Shown here: piece after piece, positions 39,091-48,214 of the stretch
Position numbering within the stretch: the first letter of the stretch is position 1
How the letters are laid out: each line of letters starts with the position of its first letter
Assembly (NCBI GenBank): GCA_963666835.2
Contig: CAXXGO010000001.1
Location: 1,504,001-1,568,000 of the forward strand
Direction: 5' to 3'
Origin: Phycisphaerae bacterium
GTDB lineage: Bacteria; Planctomycetota; Phycisphaerae; UBA1845
Length of the DNA stretch: 64,000 bases
The notes under the pieces: generated by a model
Databases searched by the model: none
The model's input: only the letters and a program-made list of their open reading frames with translations
What the model was told of the DNA's origin: nothing
Program-made: the position numbers and the translations under genes

Positions 39091-39672
39091 ATGCGTAAGG
39101 TGATGGTTTTGTTAGTGGCAGGGATGGTGGTTGCCTGCGCGGCGCCGAGCTTGGCGTTGGCGGATGGGGCAAAAACGGCGCCGGTACCGGCAACGGATGC
39201 GACGATGAGCCTGAAGCCGTCGCAAGCGACCGTGAGTCCGGGCGACGTTGTAACAGTGGAGGTTCTGGTCAACAACATCAAGGGGCTGGCTTGCTATCAG
39301 GCGGCGGTCAAGGCCGTTGGCGGCGAGAAGGGTAAGCTGAGCGTGGAGGACATTATAATCGACACGGCTCGGGCGGACTACGTTTTCGGTAAGGCCCAGA
39401 AGCTTCCTGCCACGGACAAGGTGGGATTGCGTGCGGGTTGCACGTTGTGGGAGGGGTCAGTCGACGTATCGAAACCAGCCTACTTGGCGACGTTTAAGCT
39501 CCGTGCGTCTGAGGACGCCAAGGGGGTGTTCGAGATCGCCCTCAAGGCTGATCCGGAAGTCACGTTCCTGACGGATCGGGATGTCAAGAAGATTGCATTC
39601 AACAAGGTCGCGGCGAAGGTAACTGTTGAGCAGAAGTCGCCGCTTCGCAGCACGGAACGGAAAGCCGGATAG
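39091..39672 (+). CDS. Secreted single cohesin-like domain protein
   Basis: RBS AAAAGGAG; signal peptide; SLKPSQATVSPGDVVTVEVLVNNIKGLACYQ...YLATFKLRA...GVFEIAL beta-sandwich pattern. Confidence 0.7.
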   Translation: MRKVMVLLVAGMVVACAAPSLALADGAKTAPVPATDATMSLKPSQATVSPGDVVTVEVLVNNIKGLACYQAAVKAVGGEKGKLSVEDIIIDTARADYVFGKAQKLPATDKVGLRAGCTLWEGSVDVSKPAYLATFKLRASEDAKGVFEIALKADPEVTFLTDRDVKKIAFNKVAAKVTVEQKSPLRSTERKAG

Positions 39673-39849
39673 GCCGGGCACTGGTTTCTGCTGATTCCTG
39701 ACAGCGCGTCCGTCAGTTCGCAGACGCGCCGGGAACGCAAAACGGCATTCTATGGCGAGCCGCACCGGTCTACGGGCGGCTCGCCCTTTTTTGGGGCGAC
39801 ACGCGCGCAACATAGTCTTTGGGAGTTTCCCTGCAAGCGCGGACTCGTC

Positions 39850-40827
39850 TTATCCAACCTCGCGTTTCTGAAAAGCCGCGATAGCGATACACACAAGGCC
39901 GATCGTCAGAAGGGCCGCGTAGCCGGTGACCAGCCCCACGTACTTCAAGGGCACGACGGTTTCTACCGTGCCGGCCATCAGGCCATCGACGATCCAGAAT
40001 GGTCCCATATTTGGGATAACCCCATAGGCGATGTCGGCCACGAGGGATGTCTCGGCGTGCTGCCCGAAGGCGTAGTCGGAAATTATTCCGATGCCCAGCA
40101 CGCCGGTGCACGTCACGAGGGTCATCAGTTGCCCGAACCGGGTGGAGGCGGCCAGGGCGACGGTTGCGGTTATCAGAGTCATCAGCCAGACCAGGTACAC
40201 CGCGATGAAGACCTGCCCTCCGACGAAGTTGCTTGCAAAGGGAATGACATCCCAGTGCTCGTCGAACTTGGCGACGATTAGCACGGCGAGGGTAAGCAGC
40301 GGTATCAGGAATGCTATCACCGTCGTCGGGAAGTCCTTGTCATAGAAGTAGTTACAGAAAGCGGCGCAGGCCATGGACAAGACGACACTGCCGATTCCCA
40401 AGGCGAGGACCGGGGCATCCCACGGGTCCGAGGAGTTCTGGAGGACTCCGTGGCGCTGGGCGAGGATGAACACGAGGCTGCACAGGTAGAACGCGACGGA
40501 CAGGGCGGCGATCAGCCCGACGAACTTGCCCAGAATGAAGACCGGTCGGCTGATTGGCTTGGAGATCACCGTCAGTACGGTCTTGTTTTCGATTTCACGG
40601 CTCAACGTCCCGGCGGCACTGAAGGCCGACAAGAACAAACCACTCAACATCAGCGTAGAGAGACCCAGGTCCAAGAGGAGCTTGTCGTCGTCGTCGAGCG
40701 TGAAAGCCGCTAGAGAGACGTTCAGCACCAGAAGGACGGCCGTTGTCAGGAGGATCACGCCGTAGATCGGCTGGCGGAGGGTTTCCACGAACGTGTTTGA
40801 GGCTAACGAGAAGAAGCGCTGGAACAT
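39850..40827 (-). CDS. ABC-2 type permease (PilI/XapB-like)
   Basis: LASNTFVETLRQP, REIENKTVLTVISKPISRPVFILGKFVG, C-terminal FQKREVG. Confidence 0.88.
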   Translation of the reverse strand: MFQRFFSLASNTFVETLRQPIYGVILLTTAVLLVLNVSLAAFTLDDDDKLLLDLGLSTLMLSGLFLSAFSAAGTLSREIENKTVLTVISKPISRPVFILGKFVGLIAALSVAFYLCSLVFILAQRHGVLQNSSDPWDAPVLALGIGSVVLSMACAAFCNYFYDKDFPTTVIAFLIPLLTLAVLIVAKFDEHWDVIPFASNFVGGQVFIAVYLVWLMTLITATVALAASTRFGQLMTLVTCTGVLGIGIISDYAFGQHAETSLVADIAYGVIPNMGPFWIVDGLMAGTVETVVPLKYVGLVTGYAALLTIGLVCIAIAAFQKREVG

Positions 40828-41045
40828 GAGGTCGGGTTGCTCCGTCGAAGCTGTTTCGCTGACACCTTGGTCCGAGTTTGTTGCCGAGCACGCCCCTTGG
40901 GCTGCATGTTGGCACTCGTTGCCAGTTATAGTAAGCTGCCCGCGCGTTTCGACAAGCCGCACGTTGTGGCAGCCAAGTTCACCCTCATGGTACGCCCCGG
41001 TGGGTAGACCGGTTCGAGCCCCCGGGCAGTGAGCGGAATCAACGA

Positions 41046-43145
41046 ATGACCGAAACAGTGACATCTACCGATCGACGCGCCCAACACGTGGCGTTGATGG
41101 GCTTCATCATGCAGTTGGCCGCGTTCGGGACCCTGCTGGGGCTATCTGTCTGGGCGTCATCCGACGCGATAGCTGCGGTGGCGAGGTTCATGGTGATCGG
41201 GGTGCCCGTCTGGCTGGTCCTGTTCCTGGTATTCAAACAGGCTCAGCGAGTTGAGGCGGAGCGGCTGGAGACGGCCGAGCTGAAGCGGGCTCAGCAGTCC
41301 GGCGAGACCGCTTCGATATTTGATGTGGATGACGAGGACCTCCTTCTGGAGCAGAACCGCTTGATGTGGATGGCTCGCTGGCTGTTGCCGGCGGTCACGG
41401 TGGTTCTCTCGGCCTACTTGCTGCTGGGGCACTACCTGTGGTGGGGGTGGCCTCTTGATGTGGAGCAGGTGTTCGACGAAGGAGTAGTCCGGCGCACGCA
41501 GCAGCCCACGCTGATGATGTGGTTCGTTATCGGCGTCGGTTTCTTGTGTTTTCTTTATGCACGATATGCGATCACCCTGGCCCGCATGCGAGAGTGGCAC
41601 CTTCTGCGGGCCGGGGCGACGTGCATGGCGGGTAACGCGTTGGCGTGCCTGGGATTGTCAATAGCGCTGATGGTCGGCGTCACGGCCTCGTGGGCGGAGC
41701 CTCTGGTGGCGTTGTTGATGCGAATCGGCCTGGTCGTATTCGGTCTGGAATTCGCGATCAACTTCATCATGGACTTCTATCGTCCGCGCGTGCCGGACCA
41801 GATTCGGCGACCCTCGTTTGATAGTCGCCTCCTGGGGCTGGTAAGTGAGCCGGATGGGATTGCCAAGTCGATCGCGGATGCGGTTAATTATCAGTTTGGA
41901 TTCGAGGTCAGCTCGACGTGGTTCTATCAGTTGCTCCAACGCTGGCTGTTCCCGGTCGTGGTCGCCACCGCCGTGACTGTTCTGCTGCTCACCAGCGTGG
42001 TGATCGTGGATGCCGACGAGCAGGCGGTGGTTGAGCGATTCGGCAAGGAACCGACGGAGGTTTGGGAGCCGGGTCTGCACTTCAAACTTCCGTACCCGAT
42101 CGACATCGTCTACCGAGTGCCTGCCCGGCGCGTTAATGAGTTGATGGTCGGGGAGGCCGTCGAGGAGGATGACGAAAGTCTGACCAAGCCGGTCGTGTGG
42201 ACGGAAGTCCACGATTACATTCCGGAGCTGATGCTCGTTGTGGCTTCACCTAAGGACGAGGACGCGTCGGACGACTCGGAACTCGAAGCCGAGGAGGGAG
42301 AGGCCGGAGAGAGCGTCGCGGTCAGTCTTTTGCTGGCGTCGGTGCCTATCGAATACCGGATCAAAGATGTGCGGGACTACTTCTACACCTACGACGATCC
42401 CGTGAAGGTGTTGGAAGCGATAGCCTATCAGTACATGTCCGACTTCGCGGCGAGCGTTACTACCGAGGAGCTGATGGGTCCCGGACGCGAGGCGTTTAAT
42501 CGGAGGCTCAAGGAGCATATCCAGCAGCGTCTGGATGACCTCGACATCGGCATTGAAGTGGCCTTCACCGGTTTCCAGGGCGTTCACCCTCCCGCCAAGG
42601 GCGGAGTAGCGTCGGCCTACCTCGGCGTGGTGGCGGCTGAGGTGGGGATGCGAAGCCTGATTAATGCGGCCGAGCGCGAGGAGCTCAAGATCCTGACCGC
42701 TGTTGCCGGGACCAAGGCTCGGGCGGACGAGCTGGATGCTGCCATTCGCGAAAAAGACGCCCTGCGATCGCAATCCAAGCCGGACCCGCAAGCTTTGGCG
42801 GCGGCCGAACAGCGGGTCGAAGACCTTCTGATGGGTAACGTAGCCAAGGGGATTCCTCCGTTGAGCGGTGAAGCGGCGGCTCAGGTTGCCGCGGCGCGGG
42901 CCGAGGCGAGCAAGCTGATCAGCGAGGCGTCCGCGAAGGTCCGGGTGTTCGCGACGGAGGTGGCCGCGTACGAAGCGTCGCCGATGTTGTACAAGCAGCG
43001 TAAGCAAATCAGCGTCTATAAAGACCTTGATGATGTTCGGAAGTACTTGGTTATCGGCGATCCGTCGAACGTGATCGTCATTTTCGACACGAGTGAAGAA
43101 GGCGGGATTGATCGAGTGCTCCGCAAGGCGGGTGAGGACCAGTAA
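41046..43145 (+). CDS. SPFH/Band-7 protein (HflK-like) with a large N-terminal multi-TM domain
   Basis: Several TM segments, then IVDADEQAVVERFG...PGLHFKLPYPID, IEYRIKD, GVHPP, YEASP. Confidence 0.88.
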   Translation: MTETVTSTDRRAQHVALMGFIMQLAAFGTLLGLSVWASSDAIAAVARFMVIGVPVWLVLFLVFKQAQRVEAERLETAELKRAQQSGETASIFDVDDEDLLLEQNRLMWMARWLLPAVTVVLSAYLLLGHYLWWGWPLDVEQVFDEGVVRRTQQPTLMMWFVIGVGFLCFLYARYAITLARMREWHLLRAGATCMAGNALACLGLSIALMVGVTASWAEPLVALLMRIGLVVFGLEFAINFIMDFYRPRVPDQIRRPSFDSRLLGLVSEPDGIAKSIADAVNYQFGFEVSSTWFYQLLQRWLFPVVVATAVTVLLLTSVVIVDADEQAVVERFGKEPTEVWEPGLHFKLPYPIDIVYRVPARRVNELMVGEAVEEDDESLTKPVVWTEVHDYIPELMLVVASPKDEDASDDSELEAEEGEAGESVAVSLLLASVPIEYRIKDVRDYFYTYDDPVKVLEAIAYQYMSDFAASVTTEELMGPGREAFNRRLKEHIQQRLDDLDIGIEVAFTGFQGVHPPAKGGVASAYLGVVAAEVGMRSLINAAEREELKILTAVAGTKARADELDAAIREKDALRSQSKPDPQALAAAEQRVEDLLMGNVAKGIPPLSGEAAAQVAAARAEASKLISEASAKVRVFATEVAAYEASPMLYKQRKQISVYKDLDDVRKYLVIGDPSNVIVIFDTSEEGGIDRVLRKAGEDQ

Positions 43146-43189
43146 CACGCGGGATACAGGGGCCGCGCTACCAAAGGAGTCGTTAGGCA

Positions 43190-44107
43190 ATGAAGAATTT
43201 GGGCACCATTCTGGCTGCCGTGTTTCTCGCCGTCGTGCTGCTGCTGTACATGTGCACGTTCCAGGTGCGATTCACCGAGGTGGCGATCAAGAAGACCTGG
43301 GGCAAACCAGCGGAGCAGGCTATCGTTGATCCGGGTCTCAAGTTCAAGTGGCCGTTCCCGATCCAAAGCGTGGTGCTCTATGACAAGCGTATCCGGATCA
43401 TGGAGGATCGGACGGAGGAGACGCGTACGATTGACGCGAAGAACCTCTTTCTGACCACGTTCACCCTTTGGCGGATCGTGGATCCGGCGAAATTCCACAC
43501 GAACTTCCCGGCCGGGGTTGAGGAGGGTGAGAAGAAGCTCCGCACCACGATAATCACGCACAAACTGGCGGTTACCGGAAGGCACACGTTTGACGAGTTT
43601 GTGTCGACCGATCGTGCCGATCGCAAGATCGGCCAGATCGAACAGGAGATGTGGGACGCGATCAGTCGTGATGCCATCGAAGAGTATGGGGTCGAGATTA
43701 TCGGTTTTGGGATCAAGAAACTCGGGCTGCCCGAATCGGTGACGATGGCCATCTTCGAGAGTATGAAGTCGAACGAGGAGAAGAAGGCGGCGCGGTACTC
43801 GGCGGAAGGTGAGGCCCGGGCGGCGGAGACTCTGGCGAGGGCTCGCGCGGCCGAAGAACGCATCATGGCGACGGCGCGGCAGAAGGTTGCCGAGATCCAG
43901 GCGCGTGCCGAACGGGTGGTCAGCGAGTACTACAAGGAGTTTGACCGCTATCCCGAGTTGCGTATTTTCCTCGACGAGTTGCGTGCGGTAGCTGAGGCCC
44001 TGCGTGAGCGAACGACGTTAGTCATCGACACTAAACAGGCGCCGTGGAACGTCTTCGATGATGCGGCACGCGAAGAGAAAGCTCACCAGCGAGTGGAGCA
44101 GGACTAG
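43190..44107 (+). CDS. SPFH/Band-7 protein, HflC-like
   Basis: CTFQVRFTEVAIKKTWGK...PGLKFKWPFPIQSV..YDKRI, TIDAKN, WRIVDP, YGVEI..FGIKKLGLP..AIFESM. Confidence 0.88.
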   Translation: MKNLGTILAAVFLAVVLLLYMCTFQVRFTEVAIKKTWGKPAEQAIVDPGLKFKWPFPIQSVVLYDKRIRIMEDRTEETRTIDAKNLFLTTFTLWRIVDPAKFHTNFPAGVEEGEKKLRTTIITHKLAVTGRHTFDEFVSTDRADRKIGQIEQEMWDAISRDAIEEYGVEIIGFGIKKLGLPESVTMAIFESMKSNEEKKAARYSAEGEARAAETLARARAAEERIMATARQKVAEIQARAERVVSEYYKEFDRYPELRIFLDELRAVAEALRERTTLVIDTKQAPWNVFDDAAREEKAHQRVEQD

Positions 44108-44178
44108 GGAATTGCTGCAATTGCGAGGGCGGCGCCGCAGGCGACTGCGGGGTACTTAAGTAGATGGATTAGAACACC

Positions 44179-45477
44179 ATGCATATGCACGCGCACCACG
44201 ATCACCACTCTCATCGGGATCTCGATACCAAGGAGGAACCGCTGGATGCGGCTAATCAGTCCTTAGCGGACGCACTGCGGTCCAGCTTCGGGATCCTCAA
44301 GGTGATTATGATGGTTCTGGTGGTCCTGTACCTGGCCTCCAACGTGCGGTGTGTCGACACGCACGAGCAGGCTCTGCATTTACGGTTGGGGGCTCTGCTG
44401 CCCGGGGTTTATCAGCCGGGGCTGGTGTGGGCGTTCCCCTTCCCGATTGATGAGATTGTTCCTTTGCCGGCTAAGTCCAGCAACGAACTGCTGAACGACA
44501 GTCATACGTTTTACCACGGCCGGAGTGACGTGGGGAAGTCGCTAGCCGTGCTCAGCGGTGAGGCGTCCGGAGGAATCGACCCGGTTGGTCCGGGCGGCGC
44601 TCTCCTTACGGCGGATGCCGGACTCGTTCACGCCCGTTGGAAGGTCACCTACAAGATCGACGAGGTCGGTCGGTTTGTCACGAACTTCCTCGGCAACAAG
44701 GTAGAGGCCGCCGACGGATTGCTCGCGGTTGTCGTCGAGAACGCCGGGATTCACGTGGCCAGTGAGATGACCGCCGAAGAGATGATTCGGACCAGGGTGC
44801 ATGACGTACAGGATGAGATGAAGCGCCGTGTTAACGAGTGGCTTCGGAAGTTGGACAGCGGAGTCGTGGTAACCACGATCGAGATGTATGAACCGACGCC
44901 TCCCCTGCAGATCCGGGGAGTCTTCGACGCAACGCAGCGGGCGGAGAACATGAAAAAAAGAGCGATCGACCGCGCTCAACAGGAAAAGACCCAGATTCTG
45001 AGCCGGACTGCCGGCGGTGGGTACCAGGAGTTTGCGGAGCTGCTTGACAAGATTGAGGTTGAGGAGGCGGCCGGCCGGCCGATCAAGGCGCTTGAAGCCG
45101 AACTCGAGCAGTTGCTTGTGGACAAGGCGGAAGGAGAAGCCGGGCGGCTGATTCGAGAGGCCAGCGCCTATCACTCCGTGGTAGTCGGGCAAATGCAGAG
45201 CGACGTCGAACTCTATCGCACGCTGCTGCCGGAGTACGAGCGTAATCCAAAACTGCTGATCGCGCGGCTGTGGGAGCAAACCCGCCGGGCGATCTACGAT
45301 AACCCGGGGGTGACCAAGATATACCGTCCTTGCGAATCCGAGTTCCGACTCAAGATCCCGTTGGATCCGGAGCAGGAGCGGGTAGAAGAAGAGCGCCGAC
45401 TCCAACAGCAGGAGTATGATGTAAGCAAACTCAAAACGCCCAAACAAGTGCCTCTTGGTCCGGGCTACGACGGCTAG
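44179..45477 (+). CDS. SPFH/Band-7 protein (HflK-like) with His-rich N-terminus
   Basis: MHMHAHHDHHSH; DAANQSLADALRSSF; PGLVWAFPFPIDEIV; LLTADAGLVH; PPLQIRGVF; EYERNP. Confidence 0.88.
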   Translation: MHMHAHHDHHSHRDLDTKEEPLDAANQSLADALRSSFGILKVIMMVLVVLYLASNVRCVDTHEQALHLRLGALLPGVYQPGLVWAFPFPIDEIVPLPAKSSNELLNDSHTFYHGRSDVGKSLAVLSGEASGGIDPVGPGGALLTADAGLVHARWKVTYKIDEVGRFVTNFLGNKVEAADGLLAVVVENAGIHVASEMTAEEMIRTRVHDVQDEMKRRVNEWLRKLDSGVVVTTIEMYEPTPPLQIRGVFDATQRAENMKKRAIDRAQQEKTQILSRTAGGGYQEFAELLDKIEVEEAAGRPIKALEAELEQLLVDKAEGEAGRLIREASAYHSVVVGQMQSDVELYRTLLPEYERNPKLLIARLWEQTRRAIYDNPGVTKIYRPCESEFRLKIPLDPEQERVEEERRLQQQEYDVSKLKTPKQVPLGPGYDG

Positions 45478-45539
45478 CCGGCAACGGCCCCGGGCGTCAG
45501 GTGACGGGCGGAGGCGGTTGCCTAACGTGAGTTTTCTCG

Positions 45540-46766
45540 ATGGTTAAACAGTCACTCCCTGTGGTGCAGACCGCGGGGCTCTGCAAGACATTCAAGGACT
45601 TCTGGCGGCGACCTCGGGTCGAGGCGGTCAAGGACCTGAACCTGGCTATCAAGCCAGGAGAAGTGTTCGGATTGCTGGGGCCCAACGGCTCGGGCAAGAC
45701 GACCACGATCAAGATGCTGCTCGGTCTGCTGTACCCGTCGCGCGGGCGGATCTCGCTGTTCGGCAAAGCGCCGACGGATGTCGTGGTCAAAGCGCGGATC
45801 GGGTTCTTGCCGGAAGAGTCCTACCTCTATCGGTTCCTGGTGGCCCACGAGACGCTTGACTACTTCGGACGTCTTTTCCGATTGCCCAAAGCTCTCCGGA
45901 ATGAGCGGGCTGATCGGCTTCTCGATATGGTGGGATTGAAGCACGAGGCCAAACGTCCCCTGGGCGAGTATAGCAAGGGGATGGCCCGGCGGATCGGGTT
46001 GGCCCAGGCGCTGATCAACGATCCGGAGTTTCTGATTCTCGATGAGCCGACGACGGGGCTGGATCCAATCGGAGCGCGGCAGATCAAGGATCTGATTCGC
46101 GAACTTGGGGATAAGGGTAAGACGATCCTGCTTTCAAGCCACGTGCTGGCGGATGTCGAGGACGTCTGTGATCGCGTGACCATTCTTTACGGCGGACAGC
46201 AACGTGCGGCCGGCGACATCGGGGAACTGCTGAGCAAACGCGACGTCACCCAGATTACGACTCCCGCCCTGTCCGAAGAGACGGTTGAGCAGGTCCGCGG
46301 ACTCATCCAGAAGTTGGAGAAGAAGGACATCCTCGACGTGACCCATCCGCACCAGCGTTTGGAGGAGTTCTTCCTGCGAATCGTCGAGGAGGCCCAGGCG
46401 GCCAATATCGTCACCTCCGGAGCCCGGGCGGGGGGGGCCTTGCCCGAGTTTCTCAAGGTGCCCACCGCAGAAACGACGGCGGACGTGGTCGAGACCCTGG
46501 TCGAGGCGGCGGACCGGCCGAGTGTGGCAGTGCCGGTGACCCCGGCCGCGTTGCCGGAGCCGGCGGTGGAACCGTCGCGTGAAGTGCTGGACGATCTGCT
46601 ATCTACCCCGTCCTTGCGGTCGGATGATACCGCAGAGGAGCCTGCGGCACCCAAGGCCGCTACGGAACCGCCGCGGGCCTCGCGGGCGAGACCGGCAGCC
46701 GACAGCGGAGTGATCGACTCTCTGATCCAGCGGGCCGAGGACGGCGAGAACGAGGGTTCGAAGTAA
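45540..46766 (+). CDS. ABC transporter ATP-binding protein (PilH/XapD-like) with low-complexity C-tail
   Basis: GPNGSGKTT, YSKGM signature, ILDEPTTGLDP, SSH. Confidence 0.95.
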   Translation: MVKQSLPVVQTAGLCKTFKDFWRRPRVEAVKDLNLAIKPGEVFGLLGPNGSGKTTTIKMLLGLLYPSRGRISLFGKAPTDVVVKARIGFLPEESYLYRFLVAHETLDYFGRLFRLPKALRNERADRLLDMVGLKHEAKRPLGEYSKGMARRIGLAQALINDPEFLILDEPTTGLDPIGARQIKDLIRELGDKGKTILLSSHVLADVEDVCDRVTILYGGQQRAAGDIGELLSKRDVTQITTPALSEETVEQVRGLIQKLEKKDILDVTHPHQRLEEFFLRIVEEAQAANIVTSGARAGGALPEFLKVPTAETTADVVETLVEAADRPSVAVPVTPAALPEPAVEPSREVLDDLLSTPSLRSDDTAEEPAAPKAATEPPRASRARPAADSGVIDSLIQRAEDGENEGSK

Positions 46767-48181
46767 TGCCAATCTGGGCCGTTGCCAGACAGATGATCGC
46801 CGAAGGCATCAGGATGAAGATTGCCTTGGTTTTTCTGGCGTTGATTGGCGCCGTGATTGTGGGACTGCCCTTCTCGGTTGAGGGAGACAGCACGCTCTCC
46901 GGTGCGGTCCAGAGTTTCATGGCCTACGGCTTCTCTGCGACGGCGGTCCTTTTGAGCATGTTGACGATCTTCATGTCGCGGTCGCTCTCGGACGAGTTGG
47001 TCAACCGTCAGATCTTCCTGGTTATGACGAAGCCGGTATCCCGCTGGCAGTTCGTGGTGGGCAAATGGCTGGGGATCACCTGCCTGAACGCGGTGTTTCT
47101 GGTGTCTGCGGGTCTGACCATCTACGGGATGATCCATTACATCAGAATCAGCCACGGATCAGGCGCAGGCGAGGCTGAGCGGAGTTCGGAAAGGAAGGCG
47201 TTGGCAGAAGAGGTATTGGTGGCGCGGCATGCCCTGCGCGTCGTGCTCCCGGATTTTTCGAAGACGGCGGAGAGGGAATTCGATCGCAATGTTGAGGAGG
47301 GAGCTTACGCGGGAATCCCTGATTTCAATGTCGAGGCGGAGAAGGCTAGGCTTAGGAAGAAGCACGAAGCTCGTTGGCGGGTTGTTCCCCCGTTGAGCAG
47401 TAGGGTCTTTCGGTTCGAGAACGTGCTTTGCGAGCGCTCCCGGGAGGTGTTCATTCATTTGCGGTACAAAGCCGACGTGGTGAACTACGCTCCGGACGAA
47501 GTACTTCGAGCCGCGTGGGTCTTTGGGGACCCCGCCAATGAGACCCCGGAGTACATCGTTCCGATCCGGCACCGAGTCGATCGGTTCCACTCGATTCGCT
47601 TTCCATCAGACGCTGTTGCGGCGGATCACACTCTTCGGGTCGAGTTCGTCAACCGGAATCCGTTCCAGGGCGAGCGCCAGTTCGGCAATGTTATGGACTT
47701 TCGCAAGTCGAACGAGGTGGAAGTTCTGTTCGATGTCGGGTCCTTCGAGGGAAACGCGGTCCGGCTTATGGTCCTGATGATGTGCAAGCTGATGTTCCTG
47801 GCCGCCGTGGCGGTGCTTATGACGACGGTGTTTTCGTTTCCGGTGGCCTCCCTGGGGTCCTTCACCGTGTATGTTATCGCGGGGGCGCGGTCCTTTCTGA
47901 TGGAAGCCGTGGACTTCATGGGGGTCGGTTCGGATTCGATGTTCTCGTCTTTCAGTGCTTTCGCCGGCCAGTTGATCGCACATGTCATCACGATGGCTCA
48001 GTGGGTGGTGCCGGACTTCGGATACTACGACGGGGTGGAGACTCTGGTCAACGGCCGCAACGTGGGGCTGGTGTGGGTGTTGCAGGGGGTCGGCGAGCTG
48101 GTACTTCTGAAGACGGTTATCGTGCTGGGGTTGGCCGTGCTCCTGTTCCACCGGCGGGAAGTGGCGGAAGTTTCGGTGTAG
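46766..48181 (+). CDS. ABC-2 type permease with large extracytoplasmic domain
   Basis: DELVNRQIFLVMTKPVSRWQFVVGKWLG, ~200-aa soluble insert, C-terminal FHRREVA; start overlaps the ATPase stop (TAATG). Confidence 0.85.
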   Translation: MPIWAVARQMIAEGIRMKIALVFLALIGAVIVGLPFSVEGDSTLSGAVQSFMAYGFSATAVLLSMLTIFMSRSLSDELVNRQIFLVMTKPVSRWQFVVGKWLGITCLNAVFLVSAGLTIYGMIHYIRISHGSGAGEAERSSERKALAEEVLVARHALRVVLPDFSKTAEREFDRNVEEGAYAGIPDFNVEAEKARLRKKHEARWRVVPPLSSRVFRFENVLCERSREVFIHLRYKADVVNYAPDEVLRAAWVFGDPANETPEYIVPIRHRVDRFHSIRFPSDAVAADHTLRVEFVNRNPFQGERQFGNVMDFRKSNEVEVLFDVGSFEGNAVRLMVLMMCKLMFLAAVAVLMTTVFSFPVASLGSFTVYVIAGARSFLMEAVDFMGVGSDSMFSSFSAFAGQLIAHVITMAQWVVPDFGYYDGVETLVNGRNVGLVWVLQGVGELVLLKTVIVLGLAVLLFHRREVAEVSV

Positions 48182-48214
48182 ACGAGTCGAAGGCGTTCTT
48201 GAGGGTTTGAGCTG

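Noticed and set aside
40985..41035. tRNA-like GGTTCGAGCCC
   Set aside because: The T-stem does not pair and there are no acceptor or anticodon arms
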